Shown piece by piece: positions 23,765-35,789 of a DNA stretch of 64,000 nucleotides; position 1 is the first letter of the stretch; each line of letters opens with the position of its first letter. Under the pieces are notes generated by a model. The model saw only the letters and a program-made list of their open reading frames with translations, was not told where the DNA came from and ran no database searches. Origin of the DNA: Chlorokybus atmophyticus (taxonomy: Eukaryota > Plantae > Mesostigma and Chlorokybus algae). Position numbers and translations under genes: made by a program. The DNA lies in contig RHPI01000585.1 in the NCBI GenBank assembly GCA_009103225.1, forward strand, positions 124,001-188,000, given 5' to 3'.

Positions 23765-24294
23765 TGTGGAACCTGGTTTCAACCGACTTAGCCACAGTAG
23801 CAAAATCGCTACTATGAGAGGCTGTGTAATGCTTATAAACGGCTAAATATGCTCTCTAGCATACTCAGTTAATTACAAGCACCACATTCAACCCGGCTTT
23901 AACCGTGAACTACCTGAACAGCAAGTGCCAAACTGACAGGGCTGACTCACGTCCGGTCATAACCTGCCTCTAGCCGGTCATACCGCATAGTTATCCGCGG
24001 CGACTTGCCACGTTGCCACGCGCAGGAGCGACTCTGCGCGCCGACTCAGTCAGCCGTAACCGGTCTTAATTCGGCCTTGGATCGTTCTAACCGCGGTCTC
24101 GTTCTACCCACTCGTGCGCAACTTTTTGCGCCCGGTGGGACTCGAACTCGAGACCTTTAGCTCCGACAGCATTGTGGAACCTGGCTTTAACCGACTTAGC
24201 CACAGTAGCAAAATCGCTACTATGAGAGGCTGTGTAATGCTTATAAACGGCTAAATATGCTCTCTAGCATACTCAGTTAATTACAAGCACCACA
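23765..24294. mobile_element. TRIM-like miniature LTR element (530 bp)
   Basis: 122-bp direct repeats 23765-23886 and 24173-24294 (TG...CA ends, 2 mismatches seen), 286-bp non-coding interior, 5-bp TSD CATAC on both sides (23760-23764, 24295-24299). Confidence 0.88.
24127..24170 (-). pseudogene. tRNA-derived 3' half (Arg NCG-like) inside the TRIM
   Basis: Minus strand GCTGTCGGAGCTAAAGGTCTCGAGTTCGAGTCCCACCGGGCGCA: anticodon-arm 3' side, variable loop, B-box GTTCGAGTCC, acceptor strand CGGGCGC-A; isotype is inference. Confidence 0.6.
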
Positions 24295-24339
24295 CATACC
24301 GCGGAATGACTACCGCTTATACGAATATGGTGCACATGC

Positions 24340-24555
24340 GTTACATATCTGTGTGTGTATGTGTGGGGGTGTTATAATGTGTGTTACATACATATGTATA
24401 CAATGTGTGTGATATACACACAGTGTATATGTATATACTATATATAGTATTAGTATATATATACACTGGTGTGGTGTGTGTGTATATATATTGTGTGTGA
24501 TATACACACACAGTGTATATATATATATTATATAATATTGGTATATATATATGTA
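24340..24555. repeat. TA/TG/CA low-complexity microsatellite block
   Basis: Alternating (TA)n, (TG)n and (CA)n tracts. Confidence 0.85.
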
Positions 24556-24939
24556 CCTACCATACGCATCCACATGTGCATGTACATGCACGCCTCCGAA
24601 GTAGACGTTAGCTGGCCNTATGGAGATAGTCCGCATCATCCGTACACTTCAGCAATAGCAACCTGACCGACCCCTTGTATATATTCTTGAAAAAGTATGC
24701 GCTCAAGATGGCCGGCGTAGCAGCGTATGCATCAACTATGAACAAGTCTGTACCATGCTCGGCACACCTGTTGTTGTTGACGCTGCCGCCCACGGCTCAC
24801 GTGCGCATCGCTTGTGAGGCAAATGGACGAGCCTGCCAATGTGACAGACTTGGCAATGGTACAGCTTCTGCCCGTTAGGCCCCCTGGCTTGTTAGTATAA
24901 AACATCTTGGCTGCCGAAACTACACCTCAACCAGTCACT

Positions 24940-27203
24940 CGGCCGAACTATAAACACTTCCAACAATGCAACAAGGTGGGACATCTTATGGCTGTCTTGC
25001 CAACATTTGTGGCCTACCTTGGCTCACATTCCTTTCGCAAAGGCAACATTGGTATGGTTTGAGATAGCAATTTCAACTGCCTTCGCGAACCTCTGGTCAC
25101 TGAGGTTCCGAGTTACCCATGGACTTTTGGCCCGGAGCTATCACCCATGCACCCAAGCTGGCGGAAAGAGATTATCTAGAGTTACCTGGTTGCGCCATGC
25201 ACCAGAAGCTATGATTATGTTATAAAAGACGTGCTTGGCCCTTGAACACAGCTACTTGCAAGGTCACCACCCCGAGCCATCCGCTAAGGGGGGAACCCGC
25301 TGAAATTAGGGACCCATCCTCGTCTCTATGGCTGTTCACGGCGTTGAGCTTGAAACACTTGAGGAAGCACTTGACATTTCTCACAGCGACGAACCTCAGC
25401 AGGAAGGGTGGTGCATCGGTTGCATGGCCTCCGGTAATGTCGAGAACAAGTTGAAGTCCCTTTTAAAAGACCATTAGACACAGTTTGCTCACTCCCTCAA
25501 AGATTTGGGCACGTGCAACTTTCACGAGTTCACTATGGACTTGGACACCCTTGGGCCCATTTTCCACAAGCAGCACCCGTTGGCCAAGGTCGAGACAAAG
25601 CTAGTTGAAACCAATTGCATCAAGCTGTTGGATGCATGACTAGTCGAGGAGGCAACTCCCAGCACCCAGTACGCAGCCGCCACCGTTATGCCCTACATAA
25701 AGAATGAGCAAGGACAGTGGACACAGTGGCGCATGTGTGGAGAGTACATGAATCTTAACAATCACACGGTATTGTTCCGTCACCGCATGTACCCCTGTAA
25801 GTACTCCTCGGTGTTGAACATGCGCTATATGTTTCATTTGATCGGCACCAAGGCGGAGGACAAGGGCAAGACTAAATTTTGGGGCAGTTGGACACTGTAT
25901 CAGTGGAAGGTCATGCCTTTTGGATTGAAGAACGCACCTGCTGTCTTTGAAAGCGGGATGGATAGAACCCTCCATGGGTTAAACAACTTCATGTGCTACA
26001 TCGATGACATCCTCATTTTTAGCTATACCGCTAAAGCCCATTTGCAGCACATCATGAAGGTGTTGCACCAACTAAAGGAGCACAGGCCTACGGCACACCC
26101 TGAGAAGGGTACCTTCTTGCCGACATGATTTCATACCTCGGCCACCTCATTGTTCCCAACGGGGATGATGCAGCAGGCAAAGGTGGATGCGTTAACGTTG
26201 CTGAAGGTGCCACCGCCCACAGACATCTCGCGCCTTCGTGCCTTCCTTGATCTTGCCGGCTACTACCGGCGGTTTGTCCTTAATGTCTCCAGGTTGGCCA
26301 AACCCCTCAACGACCTGCTGAAGAAGCCATCACTTGGCATTGGGGAGAAGCCGAGCAGCAAGCCTTTGAGGCATCAAAGAGCCGCCTAAGATTGGCTCCT
26401 ATCCTAGCGCGCCTTGACTACAGCAAGCCCTTCATCCTCCATACGGAATGGACGCGGCTTGGGCTGGGTGCGGTGCTTTGCCAGAAGAACAACGAGGGCA
26501 AAGAACAAGTCATTGCTTACGCCAGTCGCATCAATAACGCTGCGAAAGCCAACTATAGCAGCTATGAACGAGCAACTTGCAGCTGTTTAAGCCAACCATT
26601 TTTTCCGGCAATCCTCTTTATCTACCAGTTCAAATTTGTCAAAGACCATTAGCCACTGCAGTGGCTTCTCATTAGCCACAAACTTACCGGCTTTGCTGCT
26701 ACATGAATACAACTTCACCATCACCCACAACCCAGGCATCGTAAACACCGATGCTGATGGCCTGAGTTCAATCCCAACCCAGACATGGTGGATGCCACTG
26801 TCGCACGATACGACGGTGACACGCCTCGCAAGCATGCTGTGATCATGCGCATGCGCATGCTGGCGGCCTTGCAGAGTGGATGGTGCGGCTAGTCAAAAAA
26901 GTCCTTCGTCGCTACTATGTTACCCACCGACATGAAGAGTGGATGATTTTATGCCCTGGCTCGCGCTCGGGAATCGCTGCACAAGGCAAGCAGCCTTGCA
27001 TTCCTTCAGCCCATACTTCCCCATGTGTGTTTGGGAGGGAATTACTGATGCCTTTTTGCATCCGCCATGCAAGCGGTGGAAGACCTAATCAACATATCTA
27101 CCCACATGATGGAGGTGTTGACAGCCCGCGCTACAAAACTTAAGGCGTCCGTGCGCAGGACTCTCGCAAACCTCAAGACTGCGCAACAGAGAGACAACCC
27201 GCG

Positions 27204-27205
<2 letters not shown>
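24940..27205 (+). mobile_element. Heavily degenerate Ty3/Gypsy relic (element G3), same RT clade as G1/G2
   Basis: KDLGTCNF, KNEQGQWTQWRMCGEY, WKVMPFGLKNAPAVF, YIDD, LRAFLDLAGYYRRF, PFILHTEWTRLGLGAVLCQ, DADGLS, GLAEWMVRLVKK; ends at a (CA)n tract. Confidence 0.85.
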
Positions 27206-27259
<54 letters not shown>

Positions 27260-27260
27260 G
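27206..27260. repeat. (CA)n(TA)n microsatellite
   Basis: Direct reading. Confidence 0.9.
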
Positions 27261-27486
27261 GGAATAACACAAGGCTTGCCCTTCCTGACCTCAACTCTTG
27301 CCTGCTAGCTTGCTACCCTACCCCCCTCTTCAAGTTGCATTGGCATTTATGTGTTGCACATAATTAATACAAGTGACCTTTTGCGCACGTATGCTACGTG
27401 TGTAAGGATGTCCATACGTTGTCAGCTAAGCTTATTGGCCGTGTCATAGAGCTTAACCTCCGAATGCAATTATACTTTTCAATGTT

Positions 27487-27571
27487 AGTTAGTAGTAGTT
27501 GTAGCAGTAGCAATAGTAGTAGTAGTAATAGTTGTAGTTGTAATAGTAGTAGTAGTAGTAGCAGTAGTAGC
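27487..27571. repeat. Imperfect (TAG)n trinucleotide repeat
   Basis: Direct reading. Confidence 0.85.
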
Positions 27572-27877
27572 TGATCACGTAACATATAATGCCAATAAAT
27601 GTATGATTTGCATACATGCATTCTCATGTGCAAACACATGCACGGCGGCACATGTACGCGCACACGTGCACGTACACAAGCACATGTACATCATTAGCAT
27701 AATATGCACGAACATGAGTAACCTAAGCAACCTTTCCATGCTCTTCAGTGCTGTGTGGCTTTGCACGTTTCCCAAGCATGTCGACCAACTCTGATACAGT
27801 CATCGCCCGCCGCCGCTTCCCCTTGTCGTTGGAATCATCCTCACGATACTTGTCCCATACCAAAGCAGCCTCCTCCT

Positions 27878-30590
27878 CTAAAATGGATTCCTCCCGGGCC
27901 TTCTGTTCAACGGCTTTATATAGCAAATTGCGCTTGTTGAAAGCTTGCGCAATTGCTTATTCCCCGCTCGCCAGGAGATCTTGTACAGCCGCTCTAACTC
28001 CCTCACAGCTGGTCCGCCCCTTATGCCTTTAGCGACCTCCGTCCAAATCTCCGCGACAGATTTTAGGTTCATCACCAGGTTGTACGGAGGTGGTTTGCGC
28101 GTTGTCGCAGCGACGGGAGGGGCCCCCTGCGCGCCAGATGTTAATGCCGCTGGCTGCGGACAAGCTGCATACAGTGCTGCAATGAGTATGCATGTCATTA
28201 CAAACACCTCTGCCATAACAAGTTGCCCACTTACCCGCGTCTTGTTGTGGTGAGGATGAGGAGGATGCTGCCAACACTTGCTCAATTCTCACCACTCGCG
28301 CAACAGCAACAGCTCGCGCTGCTCCGTGACGTACACCTCAAGTCGGTCATGTATGGCGCGCTGAAGCGCATACTAATCACGTAAGGCAACGGCCATTTGG
28401 GTGGACCATGTATGGACTCATGTATTTGTACATATCAACACGTGCACATGCCGCTTGTGATACCTGATCAGGCAGATTTATGTACTGGTTGGTAGCCCGC
28501 ATGGACAGGTTGTGTGCCTCCACAACAGTTGCAGCCCGCTCTCGGAATGCCCCCGTCTGAAAAGGCTCATGTGCACAGATTGATGGATTAGGCATGCCGT
28601 ACGCGATATCATCACGCAACCGAATGCGCTCGCGCTGCAGCATGGCGACATCCAGACACGGCGCACGCAGATCGATCATTATCAAACACAAACCAAGCAC
28701 ACTTCATTGATGGCATGGCGATACATGGATGTGTAGGTACCTGGCCAATAACATCATGAGAGTATTCCATTATTTCCAAATGTCGGTAAGCGGTGAAGTT
28801 CCTCTCGTCTTCGTTGCCCGTCAAGCAACGCTGCATAAATGACACATGGTTTATGAGATCTTCATGTTTTTTGTTATAAAAGACGACATGTATGCCTGCT
28901 GTACTTCCGCAAAAGCATCATCCAATCCCGGGAAGATTAGCTTTCGTACGGCAGTCGGCAACCGGAACCGGAATCTAGCCAAGACATGCTTGTCTTCAGA
29001 TATTGGTTGCTAAACCCTGCAACTACCGCGCAGGTTGTTGCATCCAGCTGCATGACATATGAGCTGCTGAAATGATCATTGTTCCAACGTCCATTTTGCT
29101 TCACCCCCGCTTCTGTTGCACTGCGATAGCCAACTAACGTTAGATGAACTTGCACTTATGCAAAACTATGCACATACGTTGACATGCTGACTTACCCGGC
29201 GTTCATCGCTTGCTGTGACAATTCCTTGCGCAAGGCGTGCACTTTCGCCCGTGCTGTCACCACCTGACACTCGCAAAATGCTTCACAGGTGCTTTTGTAT
29301 TGCTGGTGGTACGAAATGGGCTGCCATGCCTTCATTCCCGAAAACAGTGGGGTTCCATACCTATTTGTTCACACACTTCCACACTGTGCGCACATCATGT
29401 GTAACGTAACAATGACCAATATGTATGTGTGTGCCAATTCTTTTTGGCAAAAAAGAACTGGTATACGGAATGGCTGGTTGGCAATGTGATACTTGAAGAA
29501 GAGATGAAAAGGCATCGCGTTCTGCCAGCACTTGAGAGGGTTTTAATGCCGCAATCCGTCAAAGTACTCGGTTGCCGTTCCGCGTAATACCCGTACCTGT
29601 GAGCAACATGCATAATAACAAATAATATATTTCAAGCTGACTTGAGTCGTCTTGCCGTTGCGTGAGACAAAGCAGAGAACAGTAGCTTTATCGGGGCCCA
29701 TGAAGTTGATATTGTAATGATATGTGAAGAAGAAGAACTTACGCGTGCCACATTCCCTCTGCACATACATGCGTGCCTGCGCACCATATCTAACCTATAT
29801 TACCAGGGACAACCGTAAACACGGGTTGGCATCACCATAAACATATAGATGTATGATTCAAGCACAACTCTAACCGGTTGCGCAGGTAGGCAGCCTGCTT
29901 GGCCGAGCTAGCTTCAATAAATTTTTGTAACCAGTATTCGTGCATTTGCTGATATTGCTCTTGCGAATACTGCTTCGCGCTAGTACCGGGCAAGCGATCT
30001 CTGAAGTCTCTGCATGCAATCCAAGTAATCAATCACCACGCCTTGTTGTTAGAGCAGCAAAAAGCACATCATATTTGCCTTACCACTATGTACACACCTT
30101 TTCGCAGCAGCTGCCATGCCCTTCTTAGCATTGACGAGCACTCGCTGCACAATCACACTAGCTCGCACATTGATGGCCGCGGGTGCTAGGTCGCGTAAAG
30201 CCTGGTCTTTTGCAGCATCTTGCAGGCTTTTCACAAACAGCTCCAACTTGTTCCATGTTTCTGTTTGAGAAGCCAATAAAACGTTCTCAACTTGCTTGAT
30301 GTCGATGCGGTTGAGAAGTTGCTGCCCAGCGCACCTTTCCTATGCATGAGTGGCCTATAGATACTTGACTTTGTCATAGCTGACAGCATTGCAATGAGCC
30401 AAACTCTTATTGAGTATGCTTTAAGACCGCTGTTGTACTTGGTGCGCGTACTCCTGGGCCGCACTTCGTGTTGCGTTTGCGAGCGACCAGATCATTAACT
30501 ATTGTTGTTGGTGCACCACTTGTGGTTGCTTCATGCTGCACGTCATCCTCGTCGATGTCCCTGCCATTAAACGACGCCATAGGTGCAGCA
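27878..30590 (-). mobile_element. Crypton-like DNA transposon relic: intron-containing tyrosine recombinase (NDC10_II-like) with C-terminal GCR1_C domain
   Basis: N-terminal RPRSTRTKY; SRNGKTTQ; spliced KVHALRKELSQQAMNAG|ATEAGVKQNGRWNNDHFSSSY...VVAGF (HxxR, GRW, Y; GT-AG intron 29121-29195); C-terminal YNLVMNLKSVAEIWTEVAKGIRGGPAVRELERLYKISWR (GCR1_C-like). Other frames are broken; element ends not identified. Confidence 0.78.
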
Positions 30591-32195
30591 CACACGGCGT
30601 GAGTGAGCGTGCGTGCAACAGTCAAGGCCAAATTTTGTGATTTTCATGGCCGTTTTAGGCCTTATTTGTAAGGTACATGTTTTCTACGACTTGTGGCGGA
30701 TATCGGCGACTTATGAGTCTGCCGCGGATATCGACCGGGGCCCCAAGACCAGTCCGGAAGGTGCCAGAAAACGGAGGGCCAGTCGAGAAGGGCTCGACCA
30801 GATTTCTGGAAGGGCCTGGCGCCAAGTAGTATAACTTGACCATATGAGCAGCAAATTAGGAGATCTTTGGTGCGTTGGAAAGGTCTAGAAGTGTACTACA
30901 AGATTCTGCAAATATATCTTAGCTTCTAGTTCCGTCTAGCGCTAGAACCGTCTAGACAGTAGCATGTGCAGACTGATAGGTATAAAAGTGACATTCTACA
31001 ATTTGCAATACAACCTTTAGCTCCCTAGTTTCTTGTGTGCAAGCTTGGTGGTGGTTAGCAGGGGTTGCTAGCGTGTGTCCACTGGTGTGAGCTTGCTTGT
31101 GTGACGATCCAAGGCGCTACACAAGTCGGTGTGTAGCTTCGAGCGCATGCGCGTGCGTACGCGAGTGGCGGGGCGCGCGTGTGTGCTTGGCAGAGGGGGC
31201 AAGGTTCCGATGTGAATACCGTGTCTTGATGAGAGGGTTGTTGATTGGACCAACTCACAGGTGACAAGGCACGAGCACCGTCACAGTGCGTGTCGATGTG
31301 CATGCAGTGTGCGTGTGCTGTCAGACATAGCAGTAAGCACTCGGTTCTTAGGCATGTGTACAAGGTTCTTTATCAAACATGATAAGGTGATCGCATTCGT
31401 ACTGATGGATGCCAGATTTTTTGTGTTGTCGCGGATATTAACATTGACATCTCCAACGCAATGACCCAAGTCAGACGGCCCAGACTGCTAAGGCGAGGCA
31501 TCTGTCATAGCATGCACATCACACTTCTTGCAAGCATATTACGCTGTTCACGTCATACCACACCATAACTCTGTGCTGCCTGCGATCGGGTATATAAGCT
31601 CCCGCCGGTGCAGTTAGTGTACGGCGCAAACTGCAGAGGTGGCAGGCCGATGGTGGTGGATGCGCGTGGTGGAGAGTGGCGCACAGGTCCAAGCATGTTG
31701 CGTTTACTACTTGACAATTGCCTAACATGTGTGATGAGTCAAAGCGTGTATGTGCTTATGTATGCACTCAAAGCGTGTGTATGCATGCAAGTTGATGCGT
31801 GTGTACATGTGATGAGTTAGTAGTACGTGCAGAGTTTGCGTGCGTGGTTGTATGTGCAATGAGTTAGAGCGCGTGTGTGTGTGCAGCTAGAGTTTGAGTG
31901 CCTGTGTATGTGTGATGAGTCAGCGCGCGTGTGTGCGTGCGTGTATGCATTAGTAGTTGGTAGGCCTGTGTGATGAGTCAGAGATTGTGCGTGTGTGTGT
32001 GGGTATACAGTCGGAGTTGGTGCGTGTACTGAGCTGGATAGGGACTTCGTGTATAGAGTGAGAGTTTGTGTGTGTATGTCGTATGTATAAGATGTAAGTC
32101 ATTTTTATATGATGCACAAGAGTTTGTGAGCGTGTGTGCGTCACATGATGAGCGCTTAAAGGCGTGCAAGACTGTGAGCATGTGTATGCATGCGA

Positions 32196-32250
<55 letters not shown>

Positions 32251-33695
32251 NGGGGCTGCTGACTGTTTGTGCGAGTGTGCTTGCCTGTGTGTGGATGGAG
32301 GCACAACCATCCAATAACTTTGCTTTAATCCGCACAACGTTGCTGACGCCTCTACCACCTGCCGCTGCCAGCGCCGCCCCTGCCGCTGACGTCCAGGCCG
32401 CCACCGCCAGCAAATCTAGTCGCGTTCAAGCTTGGATATTGGTTGTTTACTGTTGTGAGATACATAATGTACGAGATAAGATATTGAGCATCGGCCACTG
32501 ATACAAGTTATGCAACGTTAAGGAACCAAGAACGTTCTTTGCGTGTTGTGACCGGTGTAGACGCTTGGCGTCGCCGGCAGCGAAGCCATATAGCACAGCA
32601 TCGTCTACATGTAGATTATTAGTCTAATGGTACGCATATGGTGCGTGGACCCAAGCAAAGCGACCATCGTACCGATGGCACTTTGCAGGTTGCGAGAGCC
32701 AAGTTTTTTAGGCAGATGTTGGAGGTGCACATGCATATAGGGTAAAAGTGCCCCTAGGGTAAAAGTGCCAAATTTCGGAATGCGAACTTGGGGTGCATTG
32801 GTCGGCGCCGCTTCGGCGCATGAAGAGTCCAACTTTGGTGGGATTTTTAGCGATGGTAGAACTCATTCAAGGCTATCTAGCAAATTAAACACGGACTAAA
32901 ACGATCGAGTGTTGTGTTTGGACCATGTTGTGAACACACACCAATCATTTAAGTTGAAAGTTTCAACTCAAATCCCTAATTTTTAATATACATGGTTGGG
33001 TAATAACTTGTGCAATACTCTGCTAAACTAGGTGGGTTAAAGCGATAGAAAGTTGATAAAACAAAACCAGGTTTGTAAACATGGTGTCGTTCGCGGCGGT
33101 AACATCAAAGTTGAAATACTTTGAGTGATTCTCCCTACAAGTGCCCTTTCACAGGGTCATAGGCACTAAGAAGGCATACTTGTTATAAGTTTGGGCCGCC
33201 CAACCAGCTGGTGGCGGCCTTGAGAGTGAGCAATAAGACCACCACCGGTTTTTGATACCACAGAATTCACCATTTTTAACCCAAGAATGGCGGTCATATA
33301 GTTTGGAAATGGGTAGCAAACTTTCAAAATTAGGGTTTATTTGGGAGGAATTTCCCAAACTACCCTACTTTTGTGCGCTGGTGACTTTTTTGTGTTACAC
33401 GTCAAAAACAAGCACACAATTATGTTACAAGGGCGCTGGTAACGGCATGTCACTTATTAAAATACATAAGTTATAATATCGTCGTGTAGATAAAAAAATC
33501 GGGGCTTCAAGGAAACGCATAGACACTGCCGCAAGAAAGTCTGCTTAGCAAGATTAACACCCTTAAAACCTCAACAACCTCCGAATTCAACTAAATTATG
33601 TATTTTTACCATAGTCCACCCGTTGTATACGAAACAGTAAGATTGCATCGGCATGTAAATGCATGTGCTAGCACTAGTGTCATACTCACACGTAG

Positions 33696-33698
<3 letters not shown>

Positions 33699-33758
<60 letters not shown>

Positions 33759-34552
33759 NNNNNNNNNNNNNNNNNNNNNNNNNNNNNNNNNNNNNNNNNN
33801 NNNNNNNNNNNNNNNNNNNNNNNNNNNNNNNNNNNNNNNNNNNNNNNNNNNNNNNNNNNNNNNNNNNNNNNNNNNNNNNNNNNNNNNNNNNNNNNNNNNN
33901 NNNNNNNNNNNNNNNNNNNNNNNNNNNNNNNNNNNNNNNNNNNNNNNNNNNNNNNNNNNNNNNNNNNNNNNNNNNNNNNNNNNNNNNNNNNNNNNNNNNN
34001 NNNNNNNNNNNNNNNNNNNNNNNNNNNNNNNNNNNNNNNNNNNNNNNNNNNNNNNNNNNNNNNNNNNNNNNNNNNNNNNNNNNNNNNNNNNNNNNNNNNN
34101 NNNNNNNNNNNNNNNNNNNNNNNNNNNNNNNNNNNNNNNNNNNNNNNNNNNNNNNNNNNNNNNNNNNNNNNNNNNNNNNNNNNNNNNNNNNNNNNNNNNN
34201 NNNNNNNNNNNNNNNNNNNNNNNNNNNNNNNNNNNNNNNNNNNNNNNNNNNNNNNNNNNNNNNNNNNNNNNNNNNNNNNNNNNNNNNNNNNNNNNNNNNN
34301 NNNNNNNNNNNNNNNNNNNNNNNNNNNNNNNNNNNNNNNNNNNNNNNNNNNNNNNNNNNNNNNNNNNNNNNNNNNNNNNNNNNNNNNNNNNNNNNNNNNN
34401 NNNNNNNNNNNNNNNNNNNNNNNNNNNNNNNNNNNNNNNNNNNNNNNNNNNNNNNNNNNNNNNNNNNNNNNNNNNNNNNNNNNNNNNNNNNNNNNNNNNN
34501 NNNNNNNNNNNNNNNNNNNNNNNNNNNNNNNNNNNNNNNNNNNNNNNNNNNN

Positions 34553-34597
<45 letters not shown>
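33699..34597. other. Assembly gap (N 33759-34552) flanked by (AG)n and (CA)n microsatellites
   Basis: Run of N between two dinucleotide tracts. Confidence 0.98.
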
Positions 34598-34598
<1 letters not shown>

Positions 34599-35789
34599 AA
34601 GTGCATATCACCGTGTGCAAGCGACTCAATTCGTTGATGCACTTATAGAGGTTGCCATGAAACTTGTTGTTCAAATGTGAAATTAATAAGCATCGCATAT
34701 GTACTTCTTGCCGTCTTATTTACCCATAATACAAGTGAGATACGTGCATAATTGTAATTATTGGATTCTTAATTGCTAATGTAGTACTCCAATGGATTTA
34801 TAGCATGGTTCATTGATTAATGGTGCAAATGTCATCAGCAAATGGATGATTTACATGTTTAATGTGGGGTTATCAGCTGAACTATAATGGTTGCAGGCCG
34901 ATTAGCATACAGCTTTCAGCAGCAACGTATTGCATGTTTTGGTTTCAATAAACACTCACTTGCACATGCACCTGTGAATGCAGTCATTTGCATTGATTTA
35001 ATCATCATGCCGACTCGCTTTGCACATTATCATGATTGTAACGAATGGGTATGATGCATATATGGCATGTATTGCAGGCCTTGTCAAAGAATGTACTCAG
35101 TTCAAGCATTCATGCTTACATCATGTGCACAATCATGCACACAACTCCATGCTCAGTCAGCTGATGTGCACGGTGAGTGGATGCTGACGAGCATAAACGC
35201 GTCAGTATATTGACACATATCTTCTATATATGACTATCTGCCAAACAATGTACATGTTTATGTACATTTGTACTTATCGCATGTGTACATTTATATTTAT
35301 GAGTTCACATACCTTAAAACATTGCATATAAAGCCACTATGAACAAGTTGCGAGATAGGCGTACATAATAGCGCAATGCATGCGCTATTAAGATGAACAA
35401 TGCATGGTATACTATAACACACGATGTCATGAATTTCATAAGCAATGTCATAAGCAAATGTCAAAAAATGCACGTCCACATTCAGCATTGTTCACCTATA
35501 GTACACTAGTTGTCAATGTTGCACGTGCATCTTTGCAACCTGTGCAACACGCTCAAGCATACCAGGTGGCTCTACACCTCTTCTCAGCTTTGCGCTGCTG
35601 TGATGAGACATTCATGATGTGGAGGGGGGTGGGGTGGGGGTGGGGGGTGTCAATTAATGGCAATCATTCAAGCACAACCAGCCAACAGACAAGCTTTGTT
35701 ACAAAGGAGAGTTTGGAATTTCAGATTGCCAGAAATTTTACATATTACAAACATCGCGGCACTACCAAACTGATGTTCTGTTGCTGCCA

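Noticed and set aside
24608-24880. Short ORFs (TDLFIVDAYAATPAIL...) that vaguely resemble transposase/integrase fragments
   Set aside because: No second motif to support a family call
31050-33560. Short ORFs and a GGTAAAAGTGCC duplication in intergenic DNA
   Set aside because: No domain motifs recognised; much of it is CA/TG-repeat derived
33571-34698. Five 318-375 aa ORFs in the track
   Set aside because: They run through the N gap and flanking (AG)n/(CA)n tracts; not coding evidence
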